Part shown: piece after piece, positions 1-11,310 of the stretch
Position numbering within the stretch: position 1 is the stretch's first letter
How the letters are laid out: every line of letters starts with the position of its first letter
NCBI GenBank assembly: GCA_021432655.1
Contig: MU271430.1
Span: 1 to 64,000, forward strand
From: Atractiella rhizophila
Taxonomy: Eukaryota
Length of the DNA stretch: 64,000 nucleotides
Direction of reading: 5' to 3'
Program-made: the position numbers and the translations under genes
The notes under the pieces: model-generated
What the model saw: only the letters and a program-made list of their open reading frames with translations
Databases searched by the model: none
Told to the model about the DNA's origin: nothing

Positions 1-565
1 GTTGGCGAAGGGGAGCGTTCTTATCTCCCGCCAACCCCAGGTCACCTGCCAGGATTCTTTCCCCATTGAAAACATTATCGACGATCCCACTCCCAATGTT
101 GGCCTATGCGGTTTCAGTAACGGTGTTCCTTACCCTCTTGACGCTGTCGGAGCAACTTTCCGGACCATTGTAAAGTCTTCCCTTCGCTCATCCTTCTCAC
201 ACTGATTCGTCTCCCAGGATTCAGAAACCTGTGAAGGAATTAATAACATTACCAACATTTTGAGCATCACACTCCCAGATGAATCTCTAGCGGAGCGCCA
301 CACCCTTAGCGAACCAGGTCAAACTGCTACGCTTAGTGCAGCTTCGAATAAAGTCGATAGGTCCAAGGTCTCCATTTCAGCGGGGGTGTTTGAGGCAGTA
401 GATCTGTGTGGGAGGTTCGATTTTTGGAAGGCGCAAATATCTTTTCAGTTCTAGCGGGATGCTGGCGCCAGCACTCTGTAATGTACAGGTTCTGTTAGAC
501 GGAAGGAGCTCGCTAAGCCTGAGAACAGAATTGAAAACTGAAAGTCAACGCTCGGAAGCGACATG
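1..565 (-). CDS. Possible 5' part of a spliced hypothetical gene running off the window
   Basis: Minus-strand open segments (VSESWETNQCEKDERREDF...; GPTLGVGSSIMFSMGKESW...) are separated by GT..AG intron-like stretches. No recognisable domain. Confidence 0.25.
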
Positions 566-636
566 AAACCCAAAGTTTTTATTCACATATAGGTCTATAC
601 ACAGGAGAGCAATCTATGCTATGACGAATAGACAAA

Positions 637-2332
637 CTAAATAGCAATGATCGAAATCAGCTCAAAGCCGACAGCTTTTTTGGGATGACTGCTCTGGTCC
701 TTCCCCAGCAGCTTGAAAGTGATCACATGTTTCCCCTTCTTTACATTCTTGAACACGGTCTGTGGGACACCGATACTTGCTTTGAAGGACCAATAGCTTG
801 CAAGCTTGACTCCATTCCGTTCGTCCCCATCCAGATCTGGCGACAGTCATTAAACAGTCATTAGTATTGATAGTGAGGATGACAAAAGAAACACACAAAC
901 GAGCACATCTCCAAGTTGAAAATTCTTCGTTCGCAACCAATCAATGAGGATTTCGCCTTCTCCTCCGATTGGAACGTTTAGCTCAAAAGAGACCATTGAT
1001 CCCGGGTTTGTTGCGGAGAGGTATCGTTTATCACCACCAAACGTAACGGGTTCCCACCTCGACTTAACATTAATAAGATCACAGTCGCGATGAGAGACGC
1101 ACCCCTCATTGTTCTTGATCGACAATCCAGCAGCCGCCAAAATACATCGCTCGTCTTCAGGCATCGGGCTGGATTTGACGGTTTTCGACAAAGGGAAGAA
1201 GATACCTTTCGTCTGCAAGCGTCCTTCATCTTCATCAACGTCATCTAGGGGAGATGGTGGATGGCAAGATTGAGACGCGAGATAGGAGGTTAGAACGCGG
1301 GCCATAAGTTCGTGGCCCTTCGCAGAAGGATGGTTGGTATCCAGAAGAAACAGCTCATCCACGCTTTCAAAATGCTGTAAAAGCGACTGCGGGTTGGCGA
1401 AGAGCAATTGCTTCAGACTCAAGACGGGCACTACAAGCCTTCATAAGTCATAATAAGGTCGCAAGAGGATAGCGTACCGTCGTAGAACGTCGCGACCGGA
1501 AGATGCAGGAACTCCGGAGACTTTGCCCAAGGGGTGTGAGCAGCTCTGAACAAGCTTGCAGTCTCCAATACGACGATAGCAGGTCTTGAACTCCAAGCTT
1601 TCAGCCTACGTACTAGCCTTTCAAACCTCTCGATGGCCGTATCCGTCAGAGGGTACACGTCGTTAATCCCAAACTCGAGCACAACTAGATCCGGACCGTC
1701 TTGCTCGAGTGCGTTGAAATCAGGTTCGCTGGAGGAGACAAGATGGTGCGGCTGGAATTCGTCTGAGGAAAACTGGAGGGAGAGCTCAGAGGATAAACAG
1801 TACGCGTAGTAGGAAGAGGGAGTGGCTGATTTCGCCGCATTGTAGACGGTTGCCTTGAAGGAAAGGGTATCTTTGGCCCAACGATCCACGTGAGAAGGCC
1901 AGCACTCTGTGGCAGGGTCAACACCACGACAATAGCTCACTATCCGCGAAACGTGTCAGTGAGGCAGCTTTTGAAGCAAGAGACGCGCTAACCGCTTCCA
2001 CCGAGAACAACAACCTTCAGTTCTTCTTCCTCCCTTGCTCTATTCAGCACCCGTCGCACATCATTGCCTGTTCCTCCGAATAAAAGCGAACGATCCAGTA
2101 ACTCCCTCTCTTCCCCGCCTCCAAAACAAAGTCTATCAAAAGAGTCGAAATGAAGTGTTGATTGTAAGGCATCACTGAATCGTGACAGATGGTCCTGTCG
2201 CTGTGGGTAGAGAAGCCATATTGCAAATAAGAGAGCCAAGATGAATCCTGGCAGGACAAAACGTTTTTGACCATTTCGTGAGCGGCGGTCGACCTGACGG
2301 TTTTCTGGAATGAAGTAAGGAGCTGAAGCCAT
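637..2332 (-). CDS. SGNH/GDSL hydrolase-fold protein, CAP64/CAS3-like, with N-terminal TM anchor; multi-exon
   Basis: Motifs in order: TM FILALLFAIWLLY, block I KVVVLGGS, block III PDLVVLEFGIND, block V D..HPSAKGHELMA, C-terminal FELISIIAI*. Confidence 0.75.
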
Positions 2333-4285
2333 AACGAGCGTAGAGAATCGGGCGTGAAAGGAGGACCTAAGTAGATGCTGAAGGTGGAAGTGGTTAGCTC
2401 TCACTGTTGCATCAGTGTAGTGTGAGGCAACACATTCAGGCAATACCGACTTCATATAGATTGCTCAAATCGCCAAGTGATGAGCACAACTTCTGTGGAT
2501 GGAAGGCCCGACGTGTTTCAGTTGTCAAACCCAAGCAACACCATCAAACTAGTCCGACATTCAACGACTCGCCGTCCCCCTGTCAGTGCTGTCACATCAG
2601 CAAAGGAAGAAAGATGTTTCCAGAGTTTGGGGTTGAAACCAAAGTGGCTGCGGAGAACAAATATTGATACTCAGTAATGGTGTATTAACCAATGTCCTCC
2701 CTAGGAATATACCACAGTGGAGCATGCCAGGAATATGTCAAAGCGGCAATAATAGAAGAACTTGAAAATAATATGGTCGCTGGAGACAAAGAGATAGAAA
2801 GCGCCGATTACAGACTTTGTATGATGGCAACAGTGGACGCATCAATGCGAGTCTGCAATTGCAAGTACTCCTGAATTATACAGATCATCAGCCTTACATG
2901 AACAACACATCCGCCCCTCAAAATCATTGCATTCAAGCACTTTACTTCCTCATAATGAAGGTCATCAAGTCATTCAAGGTGACTGATTTGCAGAGGCCTG
3001 CAAAGGCACTTAGGATCTTGTCCTATTCATTCTCTGCACCCAGAACAGATGCACGCTACCATTACTAACACCCCTATACGCTAGCTCTTGAAGCATAACT
3101 CTGCCTCCCATTTCTCTCAGCTAAACTGCAACTCACCTCAGTCCCCACCTGCAACTTATACACACACAAAAGCTACCCTTCCTCCCACACAACGGGAAGA
3201 ACACAACTAATGTCGTAGCTCCTTCCGTTCCGTTCCACGTTACGATAATCCAGGATAATCACTGCGATAGTCAGATACACCAGAGAAGAGAAACGGGACG
3301 AAGTTACAAAGCTTTGACGGTGCCGAACCTTATCTCACAATTCACCACGTGACCTCCCAGTCTCTCGCTTTTGTCAGTTTGTCAGCGGGATGTCTTTCTG
3401 CTGAAGTCCCAGAGTGAGGAATAAAGCTGCGACGTGTCGCTGAGTTTGTGACAGAATCCCAGGGGAGGTTTAAAGTGCGCCTCTTTTCGTGACGACTTCC
3501 CCAAAACTCAAATGGTGTCTTGGTTTGCTCCTCATTAGTGACCCCTGAAGCAGGCGTGATGGTCAAAGTCAACACAGCGATGCCTCCCAGTCTCCTCGCA
3601 CTCCGCGTCCTACGGACCTCCAGTTTTCGTGCTCAGGGATACGTCTAGCAGCAAGCTTTTGGCCGCAGCTCCTATGAATCGACTCTTCCTATCTCTCTGC
3701 GTGGAATGAACGACATTCGGATGAGGAGTCACTCCTATCCCCCGCCGAATACGAGCAGAAAGTCCCATTTGCTTGTTCTCTCCCGCCTACGACACCTGCG
3801 TGGTGATAAGACAAACAGGATAACTTTCTTGTTTGCTTCCCGGAGAAAGAAGCCGTCTGGATACGTTGATCCGTGTTAGGGTCAAGTTGTAGATATTGAG
3901 CATTAGTACATTGGCTTTCTCGCGTCCGACTTGTACTTTTTAAATGAAAGAGTACTAGAGGTGCACCGGAGCTATTCAAACACACATCTCACTTTCCAGG
4001 GATGGCCCCGTCAAAAGAGGGAACAGGCACTCACAACTTGAATCCACTCGGGACCATCGACGAAGTCTGCTCTATCCACGGTTAATGCTGTGGAGCTGCG
4101 TTACACCAATAGCAGGCCCAAGCAACAATCGCTGCGCTCTGCTTCATCGAAGCACTTCATTAAGTTAATCACGTCGATCAAATAGGGCGAGCTCTAAAAC
4201 CTGCTGCAGACATTTCCGTCCCCTCCCAGTAGGAATATCAAGTTCGATAGCTTCACTCACCTCGCTCTCAACTTTCGGTGTCAAC

Positions 4286-6084
4286 ATGTCACTTCTGTGC
4301 TTTGTTTCCTCCTCCCCTAAAAATCTTGATGATTCTGACAAACATGTCGTTATGCACTACGAGTTTACGAGACGAGCTTCAGCATTATGGAAGGAACGAA
4401 GGTGTGACGTTAATATCAGCTTATCAGCCCTTCAGGATACCCCTTTAGTTTCCGCCTATGCCGATGAGTCGATGTTTCCTATATCGCTCGCATTGGACAC
4501 GACTTCCGATGGCTGTTTTGGCGTCAGTCTCATCCTCGATCCTGAAAACTTGAGAATTGCAGGCATGAACCTTCTTTCTCAGCAAGGCAGTCATGATTTG
4601 TGCGAAGAAAAGGTCACTCTTCCCATTCAGGTCGAATTGTTCTTTCTTGAGGCTTGGGATGTAAATCCTTTCGACGACCTTCCACACGAGATTCTCCTTA
4701 GCGTTTTCGATGGCATGGTTACCTCCTCTGATTATGATTTTACGGATCGAGGCTCGTCGCGTTTCTTTCAGCACATACAGCTACTTCGCTGCGTTTGCAA
4801 ACGCTTCAACCGTCTTGCACTGACAACGCTTTGTCGCGTCCTTGGGACTTTCGTCGAGCGGCCTGGAGGAACAACATTTGGATCTGCCCGTCTCGCATAC
4901 CTCCCAGTTGATCCTCTGGATATATTCGCTCGATACCCGGAAAGTTTCGCTCCTTACTTGAAGAGGATCGGCTTGCGGGGAGTTGTAGAGCCATCGAATA
5001 GGACTTTGCGGCGCTGGAAGCTTCTGTTAAGCGCTTTTGGGATGTGTAAGAACTTGAACTGGATTGGGATATCGGTCAAACCTCCACAGAAGAGGAAGAG
5101 AAAGGAAGCTTTGTTGAGAGCACTGGGTGGGTTGACGAACCTAAACTACCTTCAACTCGCGAACAAGAAAAATCATGGCTATTCGAGGTGGGACTCAGAA
5201 GATTTGGCATTTCTTTTGCGCCAGACAGTGGTGACCAAGATTGAACGTCTAATCTTGGACGGTTGGGATTTGAGTGTTTTCAAAGAAGGTCTGTTCGACG
5301 CTTCCTTGACGAATCCGAGAATGCATCTCCTACAGATTCGATCTTGTCGAATTGGTTTCGACGTGCTCCAAGATATCCTACGATTCCTGCTGCCGCATGT
5401 TGATGACTATCCTATCATCCCTATCCCTTCCAAAGGGAGAGTCTTCCGCTTCAGCTCCTTCTTCCCCAACCTCGGACTTATGACTCCTCAGTCTCTCGTG
5501 CCACTACTCCTCGCCCATACGACTTATATTCACGGCCTTTGGATCGAGCTTACGTCTCACTCTAGGCAGGAGAGAGAGCATGCCATGCCAAAGCTTCCTC
5601 ATAGCATCGATCACTCAGTCCATGGATTTCATGGTGCGGTAATCCTTTTATTCGAGAAGTGAGCATTAAATTATGGATAGAATTGCGGGCACTCAGCATC
5701 AATGGTGAGCACGAGAATTCGACCCTAATCTCAGCAACATTTCTCGATGGACTCGATTGTCCTTTCCTCTGGTTACTGCAAATCAACTTCTGTTTTCTCA
5801 ACACGTCGTCAATCCTAGCTTTTCTCTCGACGTACGAGCGCTACGCCTCCGTTCGGACAAGCAATCTCTGGATGTACTACACTCCTTTCTGGGGAGACGT
5901 GGAAGAAACGGCACAGGATTGGGCGAGGAGATTGGCGGGCTTGGAAGGAGAAACGGGAAGGTTTGAAGATTGGAAAGATGGGGAGATGGGAGACAGAGTT
6001 TATGAGGGAAAGCATTTCGCATTTTGCTACAACGAAGGAGGGTTTGCGGCAGAGGACGAATTGTCAGCAGGGTTTTGGGAGTGA
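4286..6084 (+). CDS. F-box-like protein with LRR/RNI-like C-terminus; frame change near 5660 (intron or frameshift)
   Basis: 458-aa ORF with FDDLPHEILLSVF...LRCVCKRFNRLA (F-box-like) and LxxLxL repeats; it continues in ORF 5659-6084. Confidence 0.6.
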
Positions 6085-6619
6085 AGTGAACCTTTCCAAC
6101 TCAACGAATCGAAGGCGACACCAGAACCCGGATGCTAATCAAGACGGTATTCACGACTGGAAAGAACCATTTGCAATTCAGCTTGTCCTTCGATGCCGAA
6201 CCCGTCCAACTACCTTGCACTCTTCTCCATTCTGTGTTCCGAGATGTGATCGTTGAAGGTGTCTGCTACCAACATTCAAGGATCCGTTCAAACGGAAGTG
6301 GTGTTTTCCGCTAGGCAACGCTCTTCCGCCTAGTGCGATGAGAGAACGTTCGCATCGGCTGCTATCCTAGATTTCTTCTGCAAGCGTTGCTTCTCATATT
6401 TGTCCGAGATTTTCCCTCGCCAAGGAGGATCATGTCAGTTTGTTGTTTTCCCAGTACTGTTTAGCTTCTTTCCTTGCTTTCCAGCGAAAATCGTACAAGC
6501 TGGTACTGACAGGACATTTTGCGTACAGGAAGTCAGATTAGGTGACATGAATCACTATTTTACCATGCTGTGTCTTCCCTCATAAGGGCGATCCGAAGAA
6601 AGATGTTTGACCAACCAAT

Positions 6620-8651
6620 ATGAGCTCCCTGTGCATAATTCCCATGTTTGCTGGTTGCGTGAGTTTCTACCTTTCAAGCCAGATGCACACTAAGCTTGGG
6701 GACAAGGCCTTTCATTTGCGTTACAAGACGCAAGAGCCGACTGTCAAATCTTTCCTTCGCGACCTCATCCTGCTGAGTTTAGCATTTCTCATCATCCCAA
6801 TGTCAGGCGAATTCAACAATCACGGCGCAGTTGGAGTCTTCCTTGATCAGGCTAAGAAAGCACTTCAGCTTTCCAGCATTTATCTTTCCACGCTGTGCTC
6901 TAGCATTGTGGTTTATCGACTCGTCTGGCACCCGCTTCGCGATGTGCCTGGTCCGTTGCTGGGGAAGCTGAGTCAGTTATGGGCATTCTATAGGTCTGTT
7001 CCCGTCACCAAATTCTATATCTTACAGAATTCTGCTTTAGCACCTACCGAGGCGAGCATTATAAGGATGTAGAAGCACTTCATCGGAGGTACAATTCTGC
7101 TTTCGTGAGGATAGGTCGAGGTTCTCCATCTTTGTAGGCATGCCTGACGGTGATGAGCCAGGGCCTAATGAAGTATCAGTTGTGCATGAAGATGCAGTAA
7201 ACGATATTCTCAGTGGAAGCGCCAATCTGCCTAAAAGTAGACAGTTTACAGGTGTCAGAGGAGGATTTCAGCCGGCCTTGATAAATATTAGAGATCCTGC
7301 TGTGCACGCTGAGCGGCGCAAATATTGGGCAAGAGGTTTTACCCCTCAAGCGTGCGTCCCAATTTATGCATCGTAGTACCATGGCTTACAAATTCGGACC
7401 AGCCTGAAGGAGTATAACGTTGCAATGGACAAGAGAGTCGTTGAGCTTATGATCCATTTGAAAGCACACGCGAAACGTGGACCCGTGGACCTGAATCCTT
7501 GGTTCAAAGCTTTCTTGGTGGACGTAGTAGGCGATGTGTCTGGATTCAACTTTCAGAAGATGTCAGATGGATCCGATAGCGATGGTTTTTGGGCAGCTCT
7601 TAGCCGCTGGGTGCAACTAAATGCGTCATTACGAAAGGTTCCAGCCATTTTTTATCTGTTCAACGAGCTCTTTCCTACTCAGATCTTAAAAATGTACGGC
7701 GTGATGAACAAGAAGTTGAGGGAGCGATTGAAGAAGAGAGACGAGTCAAAGGATATTTTTTACTACATTGTCAGTTTCTCCTCGCTGCTGTGAGCTAGTC
7801 TTACTGTGCGCCTAGCTTGGAGATGTCGCGGATAGAGACCCTGAAGAGATTCTCCCACAATATACGCGAGAAGCGATCCTCCTTGTAACTGCCAGTGTGT
7901 GATTCGATTTTGCTCATTATCTTCCTCTAAAACATACAGGCGCTGATACGACTCACGCTGCGGTTCTCTCTTTGGTCTACGAGCTTCTTTGCAGTGAATT
8001 CAAATACAAAGAGCTTCAAGGAGCTATCGATTCTCTCTATTTCGACATAGGCGCTTCTGGTGCAGACCCGCTTCCTCAATCTGTCCTCTGTTCTAGCGGG
8101 GTTCTCAGCGCATATATCAACGAGATCTTACGCATTTTCCCTCCAGGGAAGTCTGGTCAGCCTCGAGAAATACCGAAAGGCGGAAGAACCATTTGTGGGA
8201 AATTTTTCCCAGAGGGAACTACCATTTCTACGCCTGCTTATGCCATGCAGCGGAGCCCGAAGTTCTTTAGTCCTGGCGCTCATGAATTCCGACCAGAAAG
8301 ATGGCTGCATCCCGAGAAAGAGGCGAGTACTCCCCTTTCCTCGAATGTTACTAAACGGAGAACTAGGAGAAATTCTGCCCTAAGGTTTTCTTTCCTTTCA
8401 GTGTACGCTTCCACTTCAATTCATTAGAGTCCTTCATAGCCTCACGAATTGAGCAGTACGGACCTATGAATTGCATCGGGAAAGGCGTAGCTTTGGACGA
8501 GATGAGGACGCTCATATCTGTTTTCCTTAGAACATTTGATTTCGAGGTTGTCAAAGGTGGTGGATTTGAGACATTTGCTGAAACCCAGAAGGACTGGATT
8601 GTTACAGTGGCTGGGCCACTGACTGTAAAGCTACGGGAGAGGAAAGTATAA
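6620..8651 (+). CDS. Cytochrome P450 monooxygenase, multi-exon
   Basis: HPLRDVPGP, I-helix (A)SADTT, K-helix EILR, FRPERW, heme motif F..YGPMNCIG split by an intron. Confidence 0.95.
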
Positions 8652-8800
8652 TTGAATTTCGTGAGAAATAATATACACAGGATACATGTGCCCTTGAGAG
8701 TTTGAAACAAGCTTGAAGGTTGGGATCATTGCACAAGCGATGGTTATGATGACAGAACTGATGGCTCTGAACTAAAAGCAGAAATGTACAAAGTCTGCCT

Positions 8801-9268
8801 TCAACGATAGGCAACTCTCCTCCTTTTCCTTCTTATCCCCTCATCAGCCTTATCTTCCACCCACCTCCGTTTCCCTGATCGCTTCAGCGTCTCCTTCTCT
8901 AAGTCGTGATGAGGAGGCGGCCACAACGAGCGAAGCACGATATCGTTCTCGAGCTCTTCTTCCAAGCATCCATCATCTTGCCCGTCTGCGTTCACAGCAC
9001 CATCTTCCTCTGCTTGTAACTCTTCCTTAAGCGCAGCGCTGTTCTTCTCATCCGAATATTCGGTTGCCGCACCCCGACATGAGATTGAAAGACCAAATTG
9101 TCTCCTTAACCGCTGTTCTTCCTCTTCGTCGTACCTCCAGTATGCGTCCTGCTCCTCCAGTTCTGTCTCAGCCATATCATCTTCGCTTTCCTCCAGATCA
9201 GGCGGCATGATTGCGCGTCCTCGAAGCTGAAACCACTTCCTCCTTTTCTGTAGCACGGATGCATACAA
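8801..9268 (-). CDS. Small acidic/basic hypothetical protein with a C-terminal NLS-like RRKRRR
   Basis: 155-aa ORF, E/D-rich; no family recognised. Confidence 0.4.
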   Translation of the reverse strand: MYASVLQKRRKWFQLRGRAIMPPDLEESEDDMAETELEEQDAYWRYDEEEEQRLRRQFGLSISCRGAATEYSDEKNSAALKEELQAEEDGAVNADGQDDGCLEEELENDIVLRSLWPPPHHDLEKETLKRSGKRRWVEDKADEGIRRKRRRVAYR

Positions 9269-9422
9269 TCCTCTAGGTTTCCGCGAGATCCGTTGACGTC
9301 TGAGGTCAAGACGGCGAGAACAAGCACATTTTAACGATCGGGAAGTAGAGGGGGAAGAGGAGAAAAGAGGGACCGGCTCAAAGAACTTTGAATGTTCTAT
9401 CGAATTTTCAGTTAGCAGTAAG

Positions 9423-10500
9423 TCAGGAACTAAGCAGTAGCGGACCTGGGAGGATCCACTTGAAGTAAGCGCGGATGAGGAGGATCAGACCTTCACGCTC
9501 TGTGAGATTGGAACGGAGGTGGACGCGTCGGGATTCGAAGCGGTGGATGAACCGCCAGCTCTTGCGCAGTGCTCCGAAGGTGGGAGCGTACAGGTCTGAG
9601 CGATCTTCTGAAGTGAAGTGAGGGTAGAGACGCACTGTACCCGCAGGATCACCATGGGACTGCTTTCATTACAGGAAGGGAGGGACGAACGGTAGAGGTC
9701 AGATGACCAGTGGAATTGTCCTGCTCCTCCAATGATGGAGCAGACGGTTGATTTGGAGGATGTGCAGGCGACAGGGGGATAGAGCCCTAGCAGGACTCCA
9801 TGAAGAGGAGGAAGTGGAAAGTTCTTCCACACCATCATATATTGAGTAGAGCCGACGCTAACAGGGATAAAGTCGAGAAAGAAATGTCTCAGCTTTCTCC
9901 TTGTTTGATCTGAATCGAGATTCGCAACATAAACTACAGAAATATGTCAACAACTTTTGCATAGTGAGGGAGGGAGGGGAACGTACGAGCTTGAAACACT
10001 TCTGACGAGCGAGAGAAATGGAAGATGGCCGCATCTCCCTCTTCCCATGCGGAACTCTTTAAAGCGCTTTCTGCGTGAGCATGAAGAGATGGGAGGAAGA
10101 AGATGAAGCGCCGCTCCAGCTCATCAGACAAGCGGAACCTCCCTCTCCCTCCTGATGCTTCCAGCAACGATGAAGGAGGGAGGTGAACACCGACATCTGA
10201 ATAGAGGTGGAGGAGAGCGGTATTTCGGGACAGGTGGGAAAGGGAGAGGCCGTAGGCGGTGGGTGGCATTGGTTAGGTGGGCTGGGTGTTGTTGAAGACG
10301 TTGGATATCCTGTGGCGGTGGTTGAATGTGGACAGTGGGAGAAGAAAGAACCCTTGAGCTCTTGTACGAGAATTGTTGTTGTGGTGCTCGTGAAATAAGG
10401 TTAAGAAACAAGACAAGAGGACAAGGACGCGTCTTCACTGACGCAGACGACAGACGCAGAATCAATGATGTAGAATACGCATTCGCCGCGCTGACATGGA
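9423..10500 (-). CDS. Hypothetical multi-exon protein
   Basis: Chain of overlapping minus-strand ORFs (10124-10561, 9934-10269, 9485-9838, 9423-9635) with intron-like gaps. Confidence 0.35.
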
Positions 10501-11310
10501 GCATGAGTACGATAAATGTACAATAATGCGAAGTGAAGTAGTTGAATACGGTGGGTGACATTGTTCAGAAAATGCTATCATCTCCAGTGCATCCTCCTAG
10601 AGTTGACGTTAAGTCTGCTGTGAGATACTGATGAGTAATAAGGGAGATTATTGGCTGAGGCACGAAGCAGAGGCAATTGATAGCGGCCATCTTGTTGATA
10701 TAGACTACGAAAGCTTGTCCCTTTGTCCACCAAGTTGAAGGCTCCTTGCCCTTGAGTCTTGACAGTCTCCTAGCAACAAGGGGTGAACACCGAGCCTGAA
10801 CATAGATGTCGCAGCTTAATGCAGGGTAGATTGCATGATAATCCGTGGATAACGCATTTGGATGGCGCGTCTACAAAATGTCTAATTAATTGCACGGTGC
10901 AACTGAAAGATATCAACGTATCCACACGCTCAACCACTCAATGCGATGCTAGCTTAATATTACTCATTCATAGCGGTCTCATATGAAGAATGTCATTCAG
11001 TCTCATAAAGGAAGAGCATACGGTAGCGCCTCCCTTCCTTGTCCACTTCAACATCTTAGAACGCGTTCTGTCTTTTAATTGCCTCCCGTCCTTTCCCTTT
11101 CTGCCATCTATCTGTCCCTCAAGCCTTGCCTCTGGCCACACTCATTCTCTGCCTGTCACGTTTCCTGCTCCCTGCTGCGGAGAACTTCCGCCGAACATAG
11201 CCAACACCAGGCGTACAGTCGCGTCGAAAACAACGCACTATCCATCATTGATCATTCCCCAACGCGTATCGGCCGTTCTCCAGCTTCTTGGCGTAAAATA
11301 AGGCAGAAAC

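Noticed and set aside
2450..4200. Short ORFs in the intergenic region
   Set aside because: No coherent spliced model or recognisable motif.
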